Source of the DNA: Bilabrum cf. latius
Lineage: Eukaryota
NCBI GenBank assembly: GCA_965178125.1
Contig: OZ237735.1
Span: forward strand, 620,001-684,000
Direction: 5' to 3'
DNA length: 64,000 bases
The notes under the pieces are model-generated. The model did no database searches. It was not told the DNA's origin and worked only from the letters and a program-made list of their open reading frames with translations. Position 1 is the first letter of the stretch; every line of letters begins with the position of its first letter. Made by a program: the position numbers and the translations under genes. Of the stretch, positions 9,687 through 19,407 are shown in pieces.

Positions 9687-10250
9687 TTAATGAAAAGCCA
9701 TTGTGACGATTTCATCTATTGAATGTCTATTTTTAAGTTTCTTTTTTGCCTCTTGCATTAGTTGATTATATTGATCGTTTGTAAGATCGGCATAGTGTAC
9801 GCGGTTTAATGAGTGCCTTCCACAACTCGCTATATGAGAACCTTCTCCTTGATGCTTATATGGTGAATAATCCACGTCATAACCGCTATCGAGTAAACGC
9901 CTAATTAATGTATTATTAGATTCTTGATATAAATTCAAATCTGCATATTTTTTTTGCCCAACATCGGGGAGTCCGCCGTAACTATCATAAAAATATATTG
10001 TATTTCCCTTTTTTGTTAAAGCTACATAATGCCCCGATGTTGCATTTCCTTGTTTAATCATTGGATAAAATACAATTAATTTATTATCTCCTTGAAATAA
10101 TGATTCAATTGATGGAGAATTTATAATATCGTCATATAATACAACACGAGGAGGTGGACCTTTAGTGTGTGGGTGTTTATTCCATAGTTCTTTTAATTCT
10201 TGAGGACTAAGATATGTCCCAACAAGTTGTTTTAATTTTTCTCTATTCAT
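9687..10250 (-). CDS. Adenain-like cysteine maturation protease
   Basis: SGHYVAL (H), YFYDSYG (D), HQ...SCGRH (Q, C); 187 aa; adjacent to the ATPase. Confidence 0.9.
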   Translation of the reverse strand: MNREKLKQLVGTYLSPQELKELWNKHPHTKGPPPRVVLYDDIINSPSIESLFQGDNKLIVFYPMIKQGNATSGHYVALTKKGNTIYFYDSYGGLPDVGQKKYADLNLYQESNNTLIRRLLDSGYDVDYSPYKHQGEGSHIASCGRHSLNRVHYADLTNDQYNQLMQEAKKKLKNRHSIDEIVTMAFH

Positions 10251-10288
10251 TAATATAAATAATGACTAGAAAATTATTCAAACTTTAT

Positions 10289-11350
10289 TTAAATTTTTAT
10301 CGCTTCCTTTTGACTTATCATATAGCCTATATCTGGGTTTATACTAATCCATCTAGATTTTTTCAATGCTAGTTTAACCCTTTTAATTTGTTCTTTATTG
10401 AATCCTAAATAAGTTCTTAATAAATAATTACGTTCATGGTCTGTACCTTTACTAAAAAATACATAATCGGTCGTTTCAATTTTAATTAACTTCATATGTG
10501 CACCATCTGACCCTTTGTGATTACATATAATTAAATTAGTCTTAGTGTGTCTCCCCTTGGTTAATAGGGTGTCCCTTAAAAATTCAATCTTTCCAATATC
10601 TGGGTTATTTTCGTAATCATCAAATAAAACTAATGAATCTTGAAATATAGCATCTCTTGCTTCTTGATCTATTTTAAACTCAAATTTATCTTTGCCTTTT
10701 CCGTCTGGTTTCATATCATGTAACATTAATTCTAACTTCATTAGCATTTCTGGGTCATCTGCATACATTTTCTTTTTGTATTTAAATTTAATCTTTGCTT
10801 TTTCATACTCTTTTTTTGCGTCTTCATGGCTCACATTTTCACCAACTAATGAATTAATATCTAAATATTTTACTTTTCCAAATTTAGAATCTTTGACATC
10901 CGTGATCACATAAATCTTTTTAATTCCAAATTTTCGTGACATTTCCATTATTTCGGTTGAAAAATATGACTTTCCAGAACCAGACTTACCATTTAAAAAG
11001 AATACGAATCTATTAAATGAGTCATCTTCAGTATGACCTAGTGAATACGGAATAACTCTAAACATTGATTTGTCTTTTATCTCTTCACTGTTGAATTTTT
11101 GGGCTTCTTCTGTTCCATTATATAAATTTATTAATTCTTGCTTTTTCTGTTCTTTAGCTTTCTTTGATCTTACCGCATGAGTTCCAAAGATTGCGTATAA
11201 TTGGTCATCCGTTATATCTTCGGGCTCTAATTCTTTATTTTTACATTCATTGTCATAATATAATACTTTATTTTTGCTTTGCTGGTTATTACCTGTATAT
11301 TTACGGTATGCAATGGGTATTGAATCATCTCCTCCGCTGTAACTAAACAT
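10289..11350 (-). CDS. FtsK/HerA-family genome packaging ATPase
   Basis: Walker A GKSGSGKS, Walker B LVLFDD, arginine finger GRH, IICNH. Confidence 0.9.
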   Translation of the reverse strand: MFSYSGGDDSIPIAYRKYTGNNQQSKNKVLYYDNECKNKELEPEDITDDQLYAIFGTHAVRSKKAKEQKKQELINLYNGTEEAQKFNSEEIKDKSMFRVIPYSLGHTEDDSFNRFVFFLNGKSGSGKSYFSTEIMEMSRKFGIKKIYVITDVKDSKFGKVKYLDINSLVGENVSHEDAKKEYEKAKIKFKYKKKMYADDPEMLMKLELMLHDMKPDGKGKDKFEFKIDQEARDAIFQDSLVLFDDYENNPDIGKIEFLRDTLLTKGRHTKTNLIICNHKGSDGAHMKLIKIETTDYVFFSKGTDHERNYLLRTYLGFNKEQIKRVKLALKKSRWISINPDIGYMISQKEAIKI

Positions 11351-11443
11351 ATTATAATTTAGTATAGATAATATTTATATAATAGAAAATATTTTTTGAA
11401 TTTGACAAAAAAAGAAAGGTAGTCATGCAACAATTTTAAAATG

Positions 11444-12307
11444 TTATTTAATTAAACGCTTGAATGCCTTAATTTCGTTTTTAACGTCATTTGTGATATA
11501 AGAATGTAATTTTTTCATAACTTCTTTTTGTATTTTACTAATATTTTTCATTTTAAAATCTGATTTCTTAAGATCCAAATTAAACATATTCTTTAATCTG
11601 ACCATTAAATCTTCCTTTATGTTGTTCATCACAAAGTTTTTAGTTGCCGTTGTATCTCGTACATTTTTAAGTGCTTCAAGTCTTGCATTAGTAAGATATA
11701 AAAAACCCACATTGTCAGAACTTAACAAACTATTAATTTCTTCCATTTTATCGTCGTATCCTGTTCTTCGGTATATCTCACGCAATCTCTTAAGGGCTTT
11801 ATAATATTTTCCTTCTTTTTCCAATTTCATGGCGTCTTCTATTAAATCTTCTGTTATTTCATCTTTAGTTTTTCCCATAATTGAATCACCAAAATCATAA
11901 ATTATCGTAACCTCTTCATAATACCCATTAGTAAATACTATTAAATCAAGTTTAACCCATTTTTTATCTTGTTTAATATACTTTGGGTTTTCTAGTTCAT
12001 CAGCAAGTAATTTGATAGCTTTTCTTTGTGTTCCTGCTTTCTTTTTACCTATTTTAAGTTCACTAACATCTATGTGATCACCAATGTCAATTAGAAAGCT
12101 GAATAGTTCACGTAAAAGCAGTTTATATTGTTTCATTTCTAATTTCATATATAAATCGAGATCAGAAGCAAAAAATGAAATAGGGAAAGAACCATTTAAT
12201 AACATATCTGCATCTTTTATTAACATAAGATCTTTAAACAATGCGGAATGGTCAGTATTAAATAGTTTGATGGTTTTATTGTTAATTTCCATTATATAGA
12301 ATAACAT
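11444..12307 (-). CDS. Putative Pol-beta-superfamily nucleotidyltransferase
   Basis: LLNGSFPISFFASDLDLY (GS...DxD) and a candidate third Asp in WVKLDLIVF, followed by a helical C-terminus. Confidence 0.5.
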   Translation of the reverse strand: MLFYIMEINNKTIKLFNTDHSALFKDLMLIKDADMLLNGSFPISFFASDLDLYMKLEMKQYKLLLRELFSFLIDIGDHIDVSELKIGKKKAGTQRKAIKLLADELENPKYIKQDKKWVKLDLIVFTNGYYEEVTIIYDFGDSIMGKTKDEITEDLIEDAMKLEKEGKYYKALKRLREIYRRTGYDDKMEEINSLLSSDNVGFLYLTNARLEALKNVRDTTATKNFVMNNIKEDLMVRLKNMFNLDLKKSDFKMKNISKIQKEVMKKLHSYITNDVKNEIKAFKRLIK

Positions 12308-12340
12308 AAGATTAATTTTTTTCTAGTGTAAATATATTAT

Positions 12341-13735
12341 ATGTCAACTGAATTAAGAAATATACTAAGACAGCAAAATATAAGACGTCAAGAATCCAAT
12401 AAAGGAGTAGAAAATAGAAATTTAAGTTTAAAGAATGAAAGACAATCTATTTTAGAAGCTTTAAAGAATCAACAAAGACAAGATGATATCGTATTAAGCA
12501 CACAATTTCAACCCCTAGAGCTAAGAAGAAGAGAAAAAAGAATGGATGGTATTCTAAGAAATTTAGTTACTGAATTGGTTGATGGTCTAAATAAAGACGA
12601 TGATACTAAAATTAAGGTAAATTTAGAAAGAATGAAGGAAATAATAGTAAAGGAAAACCCAAGCATATCAATGTTAGGGCAATTGGGAAAATTTTTAGAT
12701 CAATATCAAAATAAAATAGATTTATTGGGATTGTCTAAATCTAAAAAAACATCACTTAAAAGAACTGCACAGGAAACGGAAAACCTCGCAATATCTAGTT
12801 TGACAAGTGATGAAGATTTTAAAAAAATGATTAAAAGCCTAGACACACCTAATATTGATAAATTTTCAAATGATGATCTCGAGGTGTTTAGAGATTTATT
12901 TAATTTAGATCCTGCAATAAATAAAACAGATTTAAAAAACCTTATAAAAACAATCTTGGGTGATGATGTGTCTAAATATCTAGAGGGCGAGGTTCAAATT
13001 GATCGTGAGATAGTCAGTGCAACAAGAAATTTAAGAAATGTATTAGAACAATTTACCAAAGAACAGTTATTAGAACAATACTTTAATGAAGATGCAGTAG
13101 AAACATTTAAAGCAGATTATAAGGAAGATTATATAAAACAAGCACTAAAAAGTAAAAAAGGCATGATTGATTTTCTTGTTAGAGAATTTTATAATATTAA
13201 TGAAATTGGAGAACCTCCAATTTTAGAAAATATAGACGACATTGATTCACTTCCAACGGGTGAATTTATGACAATGAAAAAGGTGTTTAATGATTTCCTG
13301 TCTATGTTAATGACTGATGAAGCCCTAGAAGAGAAAGGATTATCAAGACAAACAGTGTCACGCATGACAAAAAAAAGATTTAAGGATCTATACGAAGAAT
13401 ATGTAGAAAAGTCACCTATTAAACGATTATATAATGTTCTTCTTTCCGTTGAGAATGATACTGTAACGAAAGAAGCACGAGAAACATTAGAAGCTATCAA
13501 GGAAGAAGCTCGAAAATTAAGAGAAGCACAGGATGCCCTTACAAAGAGAGTTGCAATAAGAAAAATAACGGAGGCACTGGAAAATTATGGATTAACTAAA
13601 AGAGAAGCAAGAAGAAGAAGAAGAATGGAAGAACTAGAAGATGAAGATGAACGAAGAGAAGATGAAGAAGGTGATTCTACAGATGATGAAGAATCTGACG
13701 GAATCGCTGTTGGTTTCGATAATGTTGATGAATAA
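12341..13735 (+). CDS. Helical/coiled-coil hypothetical protein with acidic tail
   Basis: 464-aa ORF with TCTA promoter; ends TAA. Confidence 0.8.
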   Translation: MSTELRNILRQQNIRRQESNKGVENRNLSLKNERQSILEALKNQQRQDDIVLSTQFQPLELRRREKRMDGILRNLVTELVDGLNKDDDTKIKVNLERMKEIIVKENPSISMLGQLGKFLDQYQNKIDLLGLSKSKKTSLKRTAQETENLAISSLTSDEDFKKMIKSLDTPNIDKFSNDDLEVFRDLFNLDPAINKTDLKNLIKTILGDDVSKYLEGEVQIDREIVSATRNLRNVLEQFTKEQLLEQYFNEDAVETFKADYKEDYIKQALKSKKGMIDFLVREFYNINEIGEPPILENIDDIDSLPTGEFMTMKKVFNDFLSMLMTDEALEEKGLSRQTVSRMTKKRFKDLYEEYVEKSPIKRLYNVLLSVENDTVTKEARETLEAIKEEARKLREAQDALTKRVAIRKITEALENYGLTKREARRRRRMEELEDEDERREDEEGDSTDDEESDGIAVGFDNVDE

Positions 13736-13806
13736 AATTAAAAATATAATTGTAAAATAATATATTAAATTAAAGTTAGAATAAATTTCTAATCTTAATT
13801 TATAAA

Positions 13807-15855
13807 ATGAGTATATCTAATTTACTATCAAATAATAATTTGGATCTTAGAGCTAGTCGTGTCATTGTTTCAAATACAAGAATAACAGAAAATACCCAAC
13901 TAGCAACGAAGGAATATGTCGACGCAGCTATAGCAGGGGATGGTGCAAATATCGATCAAGTTTTGACCATTGGAGACAATGCAAACGGTCGTAACATTCA
14001 AAATGTTGGAACTATTGGAACTACTGGAAATGCAAATATTGGAGGTAATGTAAATGCCAATGCTTTAACTTTAGAAGGTTTTAGTTCTGCACATGACAGC
14101 GGATGGGGTACAACCATGACAATCCCAGAAGGTGCATTATTGATTGAAGGAGGAGACCCAACAGCTAACTGGAAACCTGCTATGGGTGTTTATTCCGATG
14201 AAAGAAATGGAGAAAGAAATATATATTTTTGGACAGGTAATAAATCAGGAAATCAAAGAACTACAGGATGGGAAAATTACAATTTATATTTAGGTTCAAC
14301 TGTTGACTCAAAAGTACAAATAAATGTAGATGACACTACAGATTCAAGTGATCACACAAATGGTTCTATTGTTTCCGCTGGTGGTGTTGGTATTGCCAAA
14401 AATTTAAATGTTAATGGTGATATTAGTACAAATGGTAGTGTACATGTAAATGATATTCAGACAATTTTACCAAATAAGGTTTTAAATTTGAACACCAATA
14501 ATCCCAACACAAACGAAGGTATATGGATAACTGGATATAATCAAAATGGGGCGATGTTTGGGGGTGGTTGCTTTCCTGCAGGACCTAGACAAACAGATTA
14601 TACACATATTGGATATAATATAAAGTATGATTTATCAAATCAAGTATTTGACCCAACGACGCCCAACACTAATTCAAGAAATGGCATGTATATGTCCGTT
14701 GGATATGAAGGATTCAGTGTTACAAAAATCCCAAATACTAATATTTCAGGTGACCCTAATAAAGAATTATTTAGGGTTGATGTGGGGTTAAATGATTCAG
14801 CACCAGAAACAATTATTTCGAAAGTAGATCATACATTTGAACAAAACGCAGACGTTAAAGGTGATTTGTCCGTAACTGGTACATCTTCATTATCCAACGT
14901 GTCCGTTTCTGGAACTCATGGAGTCACTGGAACATCCACACTAGGAGCATTAGAAGTTAACGGATTAGTTAATTTTAATAATACAGATAATGAAAGCGTT
15001 GTATTTGACGGAGGAGTTAGAATAAATAAAAGTATCATTGTTAATCAAAACTTTTTAGTTCAAGGGGACGGCAATTTTACAGGCAATGTTACTATGGGCT
15101 CAAATCTTGCAGTCACTGGAACTTTAAACGTCACAGATGCAACAACATTAAACGATTTAGATATGAATAATACTAAAATTACAAATTTGGCAACTCCTAC
15201 ATTGTCAACTGATGCAGTAACTAAAGCTTATGTGGATAATTTGCCATCAACACAATCTAATTTATCTTCAGTGTTAACAACTGGTAATGATGCTAATAAT
15301 AATTCTATCATTGGATTAGAGAGTATTACATTTGGTAATACTAATGTAGACGCTAAAATTCAAACTTCAGAAATACTAATTAATGGATCATATCATACTA
15401 AATATGATACACAAGATGGAAAAGAAACAAGTAACTCTATATTTCCAAGACGGGGACTAAGAAATCAAGAAATTATCGATCCTAATACTAACACGTTCAC
15501 AATTCAACCTGGAATAAAAGATACTTTTAGATACATAGGAGTTATGACAAGAACTAATCTATTAGAAATAACAATTAAACTGGCAGTATTTAAAAGTACA
15601 AATAATGATCCAGCGGTAGTTCATAGAATACTAATAGAGAATTCACCATTAGTATCTATTCGCTATGAAACAAGTAATGTATCGAATGGGAATTCAATTG
15701 CGACAACCGCAGGGATTTACGAATTTAACAGACAGACAAATACAACAACAATAATGAATACCCCAGTTAATCGTAATTATAATTTACAAACTATGGAAAT
15801 AGAATTATGGTCAACAGGTAATGTTAATGGTGCTTGGTGTTCTAGAATACAATAA
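13807..15855 (+). CDS. Fibre/spike-like structural protein
   Basis: N/T/G-rich beta repeats; two ATKxYVD-type motifs (LATKEYVD, AVTKAYVD), each followed by VLTxGxxAN. Confidence 0.65.
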   Translation: MSISNLLSNNNLDLRASRVIVSNTRITENTQLATKEYVDAAIAGDGANIDQVLTIGDNANGRNIQNVGTIGTTGNANIGGNVNANALTLEGFSSAHDSGWGTTMTIPEGALLIEGGDPTANWKPAMGVYSDERNGERNIYFWTGNKSGNQRTTGWENYNLYLGSTVDSKVQINVDDTTDSSDHTNGSIVSAGGVGIAKNLNVNGDISTNGSVHVNDIQTILPNKVLNLNTNNPNTNEGIWITGYNQNGAMFGGGCFPAGPRQTDYTHIGYNIKYDLSNQVFDPTTPNTNSRNGMYMSVGYEGFSVTKIPNTNISGDPNKELFRVDVGLNDSAPETIISKVDHTFEQNADVKGDLSVTGTSSLSNVSVSGTHGVTGTSTLGALEVNGLVNFNNTDNESVVFDGGVRINKSIIVNQNFLVQGDGNFTGNVTMGSNLAVTGTLNVTDATTLNDLDMNNTKITNLATPTLSTDAVTKAYVDNLPSTQSNLSSVLTTGNDANNNSIIGLESITFGNTNVDAKIQTSEILINGSYHTKYDTQDGKETSNSIFPRRGLRNQEIIDPNTNTFTIQPGIKDTFRYIGVMTRTNLLEITIKLAVFKSTNNDPAVVHRILIENSPLVSIRYETSNVSNGNSIATTAGIYEFNRQTNTTTIMNTPVNRNYNLQTMEIELWSTGNVNGAWCSRIQ

Positions 15856-15886
15856 ATATAAATTTTTTTTCTAATAATATAGTATT

Positions 15887-16459
15887 ATGAGTATAAGCAA
15901 TTTATTAACTTCAAATAACCTAGACTTAAAAGCTAATTCTATTGATGCAATAGATGTTAAAAAGAAAGGTCAAGCTTTGACATTTAATGGATATCACTTT
16001 GTCCAAAATAGAGGAAATGGAACTACTCCTATAACTTTAAATGCTCCAGGAAATATTTTCGATGGATCAACTTTTACCGTTGCAGATACGGCATTATCTA
16101 TCATGGGTGGAACGTACAATATGCCAATAGACAACACTTATAATTGTATCATTAAATGTAATATGTCATTTATTAATACGAATACTTCAGCTGTCAGATC
16201 TGCAGGTATTGCCTTTCAATTTCAGAATGCCTCAGATGATACATGGGATATTAACCCTTCTAATTGTCCCGTGATGTGGCATATTATAAATCCTGAATCT
16301 ACCCAAACAATACAATTAGTACATTCATTAGATTCAAATCATGGATATAAAGCAATACGTTTAATGTTTGCTGGTGAGAATTCAATTGATATTGATTATA
16401 GCTCAAATAATCCAACTAGAATATGTTATTGCACTTTAGAACGTTTCTATAGTTTGTAA
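15887..16459 (+). CDS. Short fibre-like/structural protein sharing its N-terminus with the upstream gene
   Basis: MSISNLLTSNNLDLKA versus MSISNLLSNNNLDLRA. Confidence 0.65.
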   Translation: MSISNLLTSNNLDLKANSIDAIDVKKKGQALTFNGYHFVQNRGNGTTPITLNAPGNIFDGSTFTVADTALSIMGGTYNMPIDNTYNCIIKCNMSFINTNTSAVRSAGIAFQFQNASDDTWDINPSNCPVMWHIINPESTQTIQLVHSLDSNHGYKAIRLMFAGENSIDIDYSSNNPTRICYCTLERFYSL

Positions 16460-16519
16460 TTAAATATTAGTTATAGATAGAACAATAAATTAATATTTTT
16501 TTTCTAATATTAATTTATT

Positions 16520-17188
16520 ATGAAATATACAGTTAACGAATATTTGGACCTTATAGGTTCTGGAAAACCTAAACGTAAAAACTCTAAGGGAAAACAAACC
16601 AATGAACATAAAGAACATGTACAAGCTGTAATGGAACTTTTCGGAATGGGTAAATCTCAAGCTGATAAATTATGTTATGAATGCGAAGAGAATGCAAGAG
16701 TAAAAGGTGGCTCATTTTGGAAAAACTTGCGTAGGGGTCTTTCCAGAGTTGGTAATACCGTAAAACGTGGAGTTTCTAAAGTTGGCGATGCAGTAAAAAG
16801 GGGCGTAAGAGATCTTAAAAATATGGATACTGATGATGTTCTTTATTCTTTGGGTAAAGTAGCAACGAGTCAGATACCATACGTAGGAGCTTATGCTACG
16901 GAAGGCTTAGATGCATTACAACATCACAGAAAATACAATGCTAAAAAGGCAAGTAAAAACGCTTTAATTGATGTTGGTACTTCCTTTTTACCTCCAGGTG
17001 TTAGACAAGTTAGTAATTTTGCATTAAAGAAAGCCACGAAAGGTATGGGCAAAAAAGCTACAGGAGGTAAGAAACGTAAGGTATCACAAAAGATGAAAGA
17101 ACGTGGAGCTATGATAAAAAAGATTATGAAAAATACTGGAATGAAACTAGGAGAAGCATCAAAATTCCTAAAGGAGCACGGAAAGTAA
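16520..17188 (+). CDS. Basic virion core/membrane-lytic-like protein
   Basis: Lys-rich; VKGG-SFWKNLRRGLSRVG amphipathic segment after a di-glycine motif. Confidence 0.6.
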   Translation: MKYTVNEYLDLIGSGKPKRKNSKGKQTNEHKEHVQAVMELFGMGKSQADKLCYECEENARVKGGSFWKNLRRGLSRVGNTVKRGVSKVGDAVKRGVRDLKNMDTDDVLYSLGKVATSQIPYVGAYATEGLDALQHHRKYNAKKASKNALIDVGTSFLPPGVRQVSNFALKKATKGMGKKATGGKKRKVSQKMKERGAMIKKIMKNTGMKLGEASKFLKEHGK

Positions 17189-17245
17189 TAAATACGAATG
17201 AATTTTATTCTATTTTTATTAAAGAATAGATTAAAACTATTTGGA

Positions 17246-17527
17246 TCAATTCAAAACATCAGTTTTATAAACTGGAATAACTCCATATTTTTCTTTATAT
17301 TTTGTTTCAAGATTATTTAGTCTTTTTTCTAAATTGACCCTTGCATATCTTAGATTATCTTGTAATCGGTTATGATGTCCCATGGAATCAGAAGGTAGAT
17401 ACATAAATTTTAAACCACCACGTATGAAATCACTTAGATCATTTAATTCGTTATGTATATTTTTTAATTTTAATATTAGTCTTCGTGCTCTTTGAATTTT
17501 TCCGTCTAAACATTTTCTATGGTTCAT
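17246..17527 (-). CDS. Hypothetical protein
   Basis: 93-aa ATG ORF in AT-rich DNA, divergent from the next gene. Confidence 0.55.
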   Translation of the reverse strand: MNHRKCLDGKIQRARRLILKLKNIHNELNDLSDFIRGGLKFMYLPSDSMGHHNRLQDNLRYARVNLEKRLNNLETKYKEKYGVIPVYKTDVLN

Positions 17528-17537
17528 ATATATTCAT

Positions 17538-17849
17538 ATGGATATTAAATTATTAAATATTAAACCATCTACAAGAAAGAATAAAAGATTAATGGCAACA
17601 TTTAAATTAACTAAAAAAGGTTATGAACCAAAACAATATATTGTGCATTTTGGGGCTAGAAATGGAAAAACATACATAGACCATCAAGATAATAAAAAAA
17701 AAGTCAACTGGCTAAAAAGACACAAATACTATATAGAAAAAGCTGATTATGTCCCTTGGTCTGCTCCTGTGTTAAGCTGGAGAATATTATGGTCAAAGGA
17801 CAATTTAAAGGATGCAATAGATAATTATAGAAAGACTTATAATTTATGA
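17538..17849 (+). CDS. DUF5754-like small basic protein (common in NCLDV/virophages)
   Basis: PSTRKNKRLMA...VHFGA...YIDHQD...WLKRH pattern. Confidence 0.65.
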   Translation: MDIKLLNIKPSTRKNKRLMATFKLTKKGYEPKQYIVHFGARNGKTYIDHQDNKKKVNWLKRHKYYIEKADYVPWSAPVLSWRILWSKDNLKDAIDNYRKTYNL

Positions 17850-17879
17850 GAAACAAACTTTAAGAAAAATCTTATTGAA

Positions 17880-18500
17880 ATGTATATGTCAATGTTGAGT
17901 GATCTCCTCGATAAAAACACAAAAGATAGACAACAGGATCAAATATTTGTAGAATGTTATATAGGTTCAAAAATTACCCCACTATTAAGACTTCGTAAGT
18001 TTTTAATGGAACGTTATCCTCCTGAATTCTTTAAAAATGGAATTATTAAAAAAGACTTATTAAATTTACATAACACAGTAAATCGTATCAAGAAAGAGAG
18101 AACCGAATTATTATCAATCATATATGAAAAATATAATAAACTAACCAAAAATGAAAAAAGGAAATTAAGATGTCAAATGCCACTAGATTATAAAAAAATA
18201 TTCAAAAATGAACCAATACTCGTAAATCGAAAGTTTACAAGTTTTAGAAAACCATTAATTGATTATATTCAAGAATATGTAAATATGGATTTTATAATGA
18301 GACTTGAAGACGATATCGATGAATATCTATGGGGAAAACCCCTTGATGAGGTTATTGACCATTTAAATGAGAAATCTAATAAACATCTAGAAAAGTTATA
18401 TTTATGGCAACTGAATAAAAAAGAGATAACGGGCTTTATGAAAGTTGAAATAGAATTTAGAAGAATGCAAGAAGAAATTTATATAACCACTCATTTATAA
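17880..18500 (+). CDS. Hypothetical protein
   Basis: 206-aa ORF in AT-rich DNA; ends TAA. Confidence 0.7.
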   Translation: MYMSMLSDLLDKNTKDRQQDQIFVECYIGSKITPLLRLRKFLMERYPPEFFKNGIIKKDLLNLHNTVNRIKKERTELLSIIYEKYNKLTKNEKRKLRCQMPLDYKKIFKNEPILVNRKFTSFRKPLIDYIQEYVNMDFIMRLEDDIDEYLWGKPLDEVIDHLNEKSNKHLEKLYLWQLNKKEITGFMKVEIEFRRMQEEIYITTHL

Positions 18501-19203
18501 ATCCGTAAAGTTCTTTAAAGCATGTACATTAAAATAATTATTCTTTTTATGAGGGCTGGTATAAAATGTCACTTGATCAGGATTCATAAATTGGGCTAAA
18601 TTATGACTTACAGGGTCGCCATCTACAACATGATATTTAATATTACCAATGTTAAATTTAGGGTCTCTTATCATTTCAAAATTTAAAGCTGGATTAAATG
18701 AATGTCCTTTAATTTCTTTACCGTATTTTTTAGTAAGATATGCAACCATCCCAGAACCCAGTGAGTGAGAAGCAAAAGAAATATTATGATCTGGAAAAGC
18801 TTGTTTGACAGCTTCATAAATATCAACTAGATCTTTAAAGTTTTCACTTTTATCTAGTGTGCCTTGTGCTATCTTTAAATCATCCATAACGTCCGATCCG
18901 TCAACTGTACCCCTAACTCCAATAATGATATTTTTATTTTTAATATAAATTTTTCTTCTATCATCTTTAAAGATTACACGATAACCGTCTATTATATCCC
19001 TTTGTTTAGTCTTTGGGTATGTTTGACGTGCAATTTTAGCGTGTAATTTAGCTTCCTTACTTAATTGCTGTAGTTTCTTATTTCTTCTTGTTAAAAATCT
19101 ATAAGTTCCCACGGGTACATCTTTAATAAATTCCCAGACATTCCCGCCCTTTACTCGTTTTTTTAAAATTTGTATAATTTCTTTTTTTGTCAATTTATTT
19201 TTT
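18495..19203 (-). pseudogene. Class-3 lipase/alpha-beta hydrolase, interrupted in codon 2 by Ngaro (first 5 nt ATGCC at 25868-25864)
   Basis: IGVRGT, ASHSLGSG nucleophile elbow, DGDPVS, C-terminal H. Removing 19204-25863 restores ATG CCA AAA AAT AAA TTG ACA. Confidence 0.85.
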
Positions 19204-19379
19204 TGATCCTAACGCCGGATGGGGTTCGGTGTTGATGCCAGAGTGGGAGCGCGTGAACGTCTCGTTGGGTTCCGATGGCGGTTGCGACCGGGAAGGTGCG
19301 ACCAAGCCAACGGATTGCTTGCGATGACGCGCATACCCTCTCTGTGTTCAGGAGAGGGGCGGAGATTGGGTAATTTTTG
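19204..19379 (+). repeat. Ngaro repeat A1
   Basis: Matches A2 (25532-25707). Confidence 0.95.
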
Positions 19380-19407
19380 AAGAAAGTTCCTGCTCCGTTC
19401 ATTTAAC

